A DNA stretch of 57,657 nucleotides. It comes from Octopus bimaculoides. Its lineage: Eukaryota. Under the pieces are notes generated by a model that was not told where the DNA came from, searched no databases, and worked only from the letters and a program-made list of their open reading frames with translations. Shown in pieces: positions 52,384 through 57,657 of the stretch. The translations under genes and the position numbers were made by a program. Every line of letters starts with the position of its first letter. Position 1 is the first letter of the stretch. The stretch covers positions 82,492,982 through 82,550,638 of the forward strand of contig NC_068988.1 of assembly GCF_001194135.2 (NCBI RefSeq), given 5' to 3'.

Positions 52384-53303
52384 TCTACTACATATGTGGA
52401 AATCTGTGGGTGTGTTTGTTTGTGGCATTGTTATCTAACTCCTACATCATTGTATCGATTTTGATGAAACTTAACACGTGAGTAGAACTCATGTATGGAA
52501 AACTAGTGACATACTTAGATTGTTGAAAAAATTGATAATAGGGCACCTAGAAGGGATTCTTATACATACTACGTATAACTAATATATTATTTTTAAACAT
52601 CCAAGGGGAATAACCCATTTGCTCCTGAAAGGATCCTTATATATATATAGCCATGGGAAATAACCCATTCATGTTCGTAAATTTATTTCATATAAATCAA
52701 ATTGAGCATGCTTATTTCTTAGTATTTGAACTATTTGAGTTATTCTTGCAAGTTATCCAGTACAGTGCTTAAATAAGTAAATAGTATTTTCCTAATCAAT
52801 ACATCCACTTCTTTCAGTTAGTGACTTATGCACGAATATACCAACACTACCGCCACTGAGGGTAATATTCTCTGCAAACGCACAAAAGCTTTTTTCTAAG
52901 TTTTTTTACTTTGAATTGTTATTATCACATATCTGATTAGCCTGTTATTACATAACATGCTTCACGATTTTAGTATACATACCTTATTAGTATTTCCTCC
53001 TAAGTTCTATATACTTTGGAAAGGTATTAAAGCCCTTTTCAGGGCTACTTTATTTCAATTCTTACTATCGTGTAATTAATTTATGTTATTTCATACCTGC
53101 CTTCACAATTTGGTTATTCATAACTTATTGGAAATTCCTAAAAACAAGATCCTGAGTAAGACAGTTCAGTAATCTCAGTAAATGCAAAGAAACCATTTCA
53201 AGGGCTACATACTTTGTATTGTTACTGGATTAGCAAAACAATTATTAAAACGGAAGCAAGAGATAAGCCCTGCTTTCCTGGGAATTACAGGTTACGTCAG
53301 CTA

Positions 53304-53304
<1 letters not shown>
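52384..53304 (+). mobile_element. Non-autonomous Helitron (921 bp)
   Basis: A|TC 5' end (52383-52385), gtttgtttg microsatellite and cgattttgatgaaact core, hairpin CCTG-ggaatta-CAGG (53277-53291), CTAG|T 3' end (53301-53305). No TSD. Confidence 0.75.
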
Positions 53305-53329
<25 letters not shown>

Positions 53330-53338
<9 letters not shown>

Positions 53339-53900
53339 TATTGATACCGTTAACGTTTTGTCTCTTTATATATATTTTTATTTCTCATGTTTATGTTTAT
53401 TCCTTGAATGATTTTAGGTATTTTTTTTAGGAATTTGACCTGAAGAGTGACTGATTTTGGGAGTAAAATCATTTCCCCATTCTAATGAACTTGAATAGAA
53501 TTTGCTTATGATTTTATATAGTCCTATTTCAGCCATGAAACGCACGTAGTCATGTACTAGCACTGACTTTTATACATTATATTATTGTATTAATTTTTAC
53601 TGTCCTATTTATAATTTATTTGATTTTTAAATTAATATTCTAATGATGAATGTTTCTTTATATGATATATATTATTAAATTATTAAAATTTTAGATTAAA
53701 ATCGTAGATAAATATTGATATGGTATATGTCTCACAGTATGATTGTGGAAGGGTTCTTAGTTGAGTGAGTTGTAGAGTGGTGGTTCGTCTCTAAATTAGT
53801 TATATATATATATTTATATATTAGGAAACTCGGTGTAATATTATACCAATTTTTGCCTGTAAGGTTGGAATAAGTTTTTATTCCCTAATATTATTACTAT
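53330..53900 (+). mobile_element. AT-rich hammerhead-bearing repeat (Penelope pLTR or retrozyme-like, non-coding)
   Basis: Contains the 53433-53555 hammerhead. Its distal part (minus strand aatattagggaataa...ttacaggcaaaaa, 53850-53890) resembles 15690-15730. Boundaries approximate. Confidence 0.5.
53433..53555 (+). ncRNA. Minimal type I hammerhead ribozyme with a long stem II (Penelope/retrozyme-like)
   Basis: atttgac-CTGAAGA(53440-53446)-gtgactga...tcagccat-GAAA(53537-53540)-C-gcac-G-TA(cleavage after 53548)-gtcatgt. Stem I tgac/gtca. Stem II 7 of 8 bp, continuing with tggga/tccta, gtaaaatcat/atgattttat (10 bp) and attcta/tagaat (6 bp). Confidence 0.85.
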
Positions 53901-53910
53901 TATACATATT

Positions 53911-53952
<42 letters not shown>

Positions 53953-54397
53953 NNNNNNNNNNNNNNNNNNNNNNNNNNNNNNNNNNNNNNNNNNNNNNNN
54001 NNNNNNNNNNNNNNNNNNNNNNNNNNNNNNNNNNNNNNNNNNNNNNNNNNNNNNNNNNNNNNNNNNNNNNNNNNNNNNNNNNNNNNNNNNNNNNNNNNNN
54101 NNNNNNNNNNNNNNNNNNNNNNNNNNNNNNNNNNNNNNNNNNNNNNNNNNNNNNNNNNNNNNNNNNNNNNNNNNNNNNNNNNNNNNNNNNNNNNNNNNNN
54201 NNNNNNNNNNNNNNNNNNNNNNNNNNNNNNNNNNNNNNNNNNNNNNNNNNNNNNNNNNNNNNNNNNNNNNNNNNNNNNNNNNNNNNNNNNNNNNNNNNNN
54301 NNNNNNNNNNNNNNNNNNNNNNNNNNNNNNNNNNNNNNNNNNNNNNNNNNNNNNNNNNNNNNNNNNNNNNNNNNNNNNNNNNNNNNNNNNTATATAT

Positions 54398-54550
54398 GAG
54401 TGGTTGGCATTAGGAAGGGCATCCAGCTGTAGAAACTCTGCCAAATTTAGATTGGAGCCTGGTGTTGCCATCCGGTTTCACCAGTTCTCAGTCAAATCGT
54501 CCAACCCATGCTAGCATGGAAAGCGGACGTTAAACGATGATGATGATGAT
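54398..54550 (+). mobile_element. RTE-tail SINE, near-identical to 227-378
   Basis: Only a handful of differences from 227-378 over about 150 bp. (GAT)n tail. Confidence 0.75.
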
Positions 54551-54584
54551 ATATACACACACACATACACACACATATATATAT

Positions 54585-55080
54585 GTTAAGCATGAAGGAG
54601 GATCGGTGATGATCTTGAGGGCTATATCTTGGAAATCTGTCTGTCCAATGGTTTCCCTTCATGGCAGAATTAAAAGTCAAGGCTATTTAAGCATTTTATC
54701 TGAACAAATTCATCCTATGATTGCGGAACTGTTTCCAGGAGGAAATGCAATCTTTCAAGAATGATTAAAAAAGACTCTTTATCTATGGCTCCTTGTTACA
54801 TGGCTAAAAATGACCCAAGATTTGTTGGATAAGAACGGCATTTAAAAGCTTCCATGGCCAAGCCAGTCACCAGATATGAACCCTATTGAACACCCCTTGT
54901 GCATAATGGACAGGACACTTCATAAAAAGAACAATAAAGCATCTTCAAAACCAGATCTTTGAGATTATTGCATGAAACTTGGCAAGAAATTCCTCAAGAG
55001 AATATTCGTTATCTGATCATTAATATGCCTAATAGGGTCCTTGCATTGAAAAATGCAAGGGGCAGGTTTACTAAATATTA
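54585..55080 (+). mobile_element. Composite Tc1-like fragment (two different transposase families)
   Basis: 54585-54760 matches the 645-1788 family (VKHEGGSVMIL...PMIAELFPGGNAIFQE). 54783-55080 encodes a different C-terminus (LPWPSQSPDMNPIEH...ETWQEIPQENIRYLIINMPNRVLALKNARGRFTKY*). Confidence 0.8.
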
Positions 55081-55226
55081 AATGTTCACATTATAACAAT
55101 TAATAAATAATTTGAATGTATAATTTCAGATTTAAATAAAGTTTAATGATTATAAGGGTGTCTATTACTTCTTGTGTATGTATATATAAACACACACACA
55201 TATGTACATGCTTAAAAATAAGTATA

Positions 55227-55293
<67 letters not shown>

Positions 55294-56054
55294 TTAAAAA
55301 TAAGTATATACACACACAAATTCACATCAAATTCAAAATTTATTTCATGAGTTATCACAATTTTGTCATAACACAACTGCGACCAGGTCACTGACATAGT
55401 TCCAATGCAACTCAGTGGAATTGTGTCATGTGTAATAATGGCAATTTTGACACTTCATGAACTAAATTTGAATTTGTAGTGGTTAAGAGCTTGGTGTGTT
55501 ATTAAATGGCTTTTCCATGATGTTGTTGCTACACCTGCACATTTGATATATATATATATAAATCAAATGTGTTTAGAAACTACATATGCATGTGTATGTA
55601 TGTAATTTCATTAACCCTTTATTTTAATTAAAACAATACAAAAAAGAGTTAATAAAACGTGATCAATCCAGGTCAAATCGATAAAGATTTGGTCAATTCA
55701 CAACAGATCTAACCAGTGGCAGATGTATTTATTCACACACACTCACATATATATATATATATAACTCAGAGGAAAATGAAATGAAATGAAATGAATAGGA
55801 GGAATGTTACTGTGATAGATCAGCAGAGCTTATCAGCCTGTAATAAATTGAATAACTATAGGTAACACAGCAACCAGAGAAAACATCTGTCAGACATTAG
55901 ATTCTTACATGTGACCATGCTTATTTTAAAATAAAACCATACATTTTTCTGCTAATTCTCTGTAATATGATATCCATTCTAGTTTTAATTAGTTTAAAAG
56001 GGTAGATATTAAATAAGCGACTACCTGATTTTACATACATACTTGCATGTACAG

Positions 56055-56090
<36 letters not shown>

Positions 56091-56629
56091 CAGAGAGGGA
56101 GAGAGAAAGAAAGAGAGAGAGAAAGAAAGAGAGAGCCTGCACTGTAAAGCTCTTCAGCGCATATCAACATGGAAAATGGATGCTAAAATGAAAATTTAAG
56201 ATGACATCCTAGATAACCTCAACCAGATTCTCTGACAAGAGAAAAGTCAATAACCTTGATTTTTCTATCTATTTGTGTGTGTTGACATGGATTGTATAGA
56301 CTAAATCACAAATAAATGTGATTCTTAGATACGAAAGTTCATTCCGCATAGTAATGACACTAGCAATAAAGCAATGAGGGGTAACTACTTGTCTTTACGA
56401 GTGATTACTCAAATAGGAAAGAGACAATACACTTATGAAAACAAAAGATGTCAAGCTTTCTATTAATTTCCATCTCTGAATAACTATCAACATCATAATC
56501 CTAGTAAAAAGCTAACTGTGGACAAGTGATCCAATGAAAGTTATGTAAATATACAACACAGAACAGGAGACTGCAAAAATAAACATACTTATATACACAG
56601 ATACAACTACTACAACAATTACTACTTAC

Positions 56630-56802
56630 TCATGACGAAGAGCCACCCCCAACTTTAGGAAACACAGATGGGATGAGCCATGCACATTCCGTTGAATATG
56701 AAATAAATATCTAAACATAACCATAAAGTAACATGCACTAAGACTTACATCAGCAGTGCAAACATGCAAAAGAAACTGAGTAATTGTAGTTATCATCCTC
56801 AT
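56630..56802 (-). CDS. Candidate upstream (short-isoform) coding exon of the TSC22 gene: MRMITTITQFLLHVCTADVSLSACYFMVMFRYLFHIQRNVHGSSHLCFLKLGVALRH(D)
   Basis: 57 open codons plus 2 nt ending at GA|GTAAGT. Phase 2 is what the 28730 acceptor requires. In-frame ATGs at 56802, 56796, 56724 and 56718. An alternative acceptor at 56711 gives an 81-nt symmetric phase-2 exon. No strong homology, so the link is inferred. Confidence 0.35.
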
Positions 56803-57086
56803 TGCTCCGGATCCCCCCCACCCCGGAAATAGATATTACAGTTTATCTTGATAGGGTTATTTTTAATGCTATTTCTTACAAATTGCTTTATGTTTCTCAA
56901 ATCCCTTCTGAAAATTACACTTGTTCCTTTTTTGTTGTTGTCTTTTTAATATTGCGTCTAAATTATAATTTCCATCTAATTTATAGGAAATCAAATCATT
57001 CCTAGACACTTCTGTGGTGCTTACTTTACAGTTGAAATCTCTCTTCAGACCCCAGAAACTCAATTCCGTTTCATCCGTTACCCTAG

Positions 57087-57093
57087 TTATATA
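57087..57093 (-). promoter_or_regulatory. Candidate TATA box (TATATAA), with CCAAT near 57183-57187
   Basis: Motif lies about 60 nt upstream of a GTAAGC donor (57024) in unique, relatively CpG-retaining sequence. Weak on its own in AT-rich DNA. Confidence 0.25.
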
Positions 57094-57540
57094 TTGCGTG
57101 TGTTTAGTATGAAGAAGTGCCTAATCTTACAATTTCCATAGTAAACAGACAGAACTATTTAGGTCCCAAGGTTGGCTATACAATTGGTTTATTAGTAATT
57201 GTTATTTAGTTCATTAGTTAGCTGTGTGTGTGATGTTCATAAACACACCTAGTTTTAAACAAATCAGTGATATGAAGTAACAGACCTACTTTTAAACAGA
57301 TGTAAAAAAAAAATCATTTCAGATCCATTGACTTTATCGACATTGTTAAACTCCGACCAAAAATATTCACGTAAATAAAACCTATTTTCATATATTGTGA
57401 AAGAAAATTGTTTTTCCAGTATAGAGGTTTTTTCCTTCTTTTAATACAGGTAAATATAACAGAATAAAGATAAGTATATAGGCCGCGAGAGACAGACATA
57501 ACTATATAGATATATATAGTATATATATATATATGTATAT

Positions 57541-57657
57541 ATATACATACATACATATATATTATATACATACATACATATATATTATATACATACATAC
57601 ATATATATTATATACATACATACATATATATTATATACATACATACATATATATTAT
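57541..57657. repeat. 23-bp minisatellite ATATACATACATACATATATATT, at least 5 copies, runs off the window
   Basis: Units start at 57541, 57564 and onward every 23 nt. Confidence 0.9.

Noticed and set aside
56711-56748. 38-nt GT-AG intron between the 56748 donor and the 56711 acceptor
   Set aside because: Too short for a typical spliceosomal intron, so treated as alternative sites instead.
56869-57063. ORF MSFWGLKRDF... as a TSC22 exon or separate gene
   Set aside because: It starts at TTG, has no recognisable homology, and its internal donor is phase 0, which does not fit the 28730 acceptor.

Overview
AT-rich eukaryotic draft-assembly DNA with seven N gaps (4512-4931, 5866-6283, 16717-16948, 30247-31062, 36776-37341, 52330-52339, 53953-54390). 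It is dense in microsatellites, SINEs and decayed transposons. The repeat landscape looks like an octopus (coleoid cephalopod) genome; this is inference from recognition, not a database result. One host gene is clearly supported: a minus-strand TSC22-domain/bunched gene with a 46-nt exon (28685-28730, GSSTVAIDNKIEQAM), a terminal coding exon (23257-23451, TSC box plus leucine zipper) and a probable 2-kb 3' UTR. A candidate 5' exon/promoter cluster lies at 56.6-57.2 kb. Mobile elements include a Tc1 copy that breaks off at an RTE LINE which itself carries a mariner, a second near-complete mariner, a DD41D-type remnant, CRE-like and L1/Tx1-like LINE fragments, two related Helitron ends, piggyBac-like MITEs and several SINE families. 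There is also a tRNA-Thr(TGT) pseudogene. The most notable unannotated signal is a set of minimal type I hammerhead ribozyme motifs: two well formed (46448-46539 minus, 53433-53555 plus) and two degraded (31285-31386, 15811-15967), with no Penelope ORF recognised in the window. Also notable are a fold-back element with inverted TTAGGG arrays at its centre and two structured minisatellites. Most ORFs in the supplied track are microsatellite, N-gap or antisense-TE artefacts. SINE boundaries are approximate.
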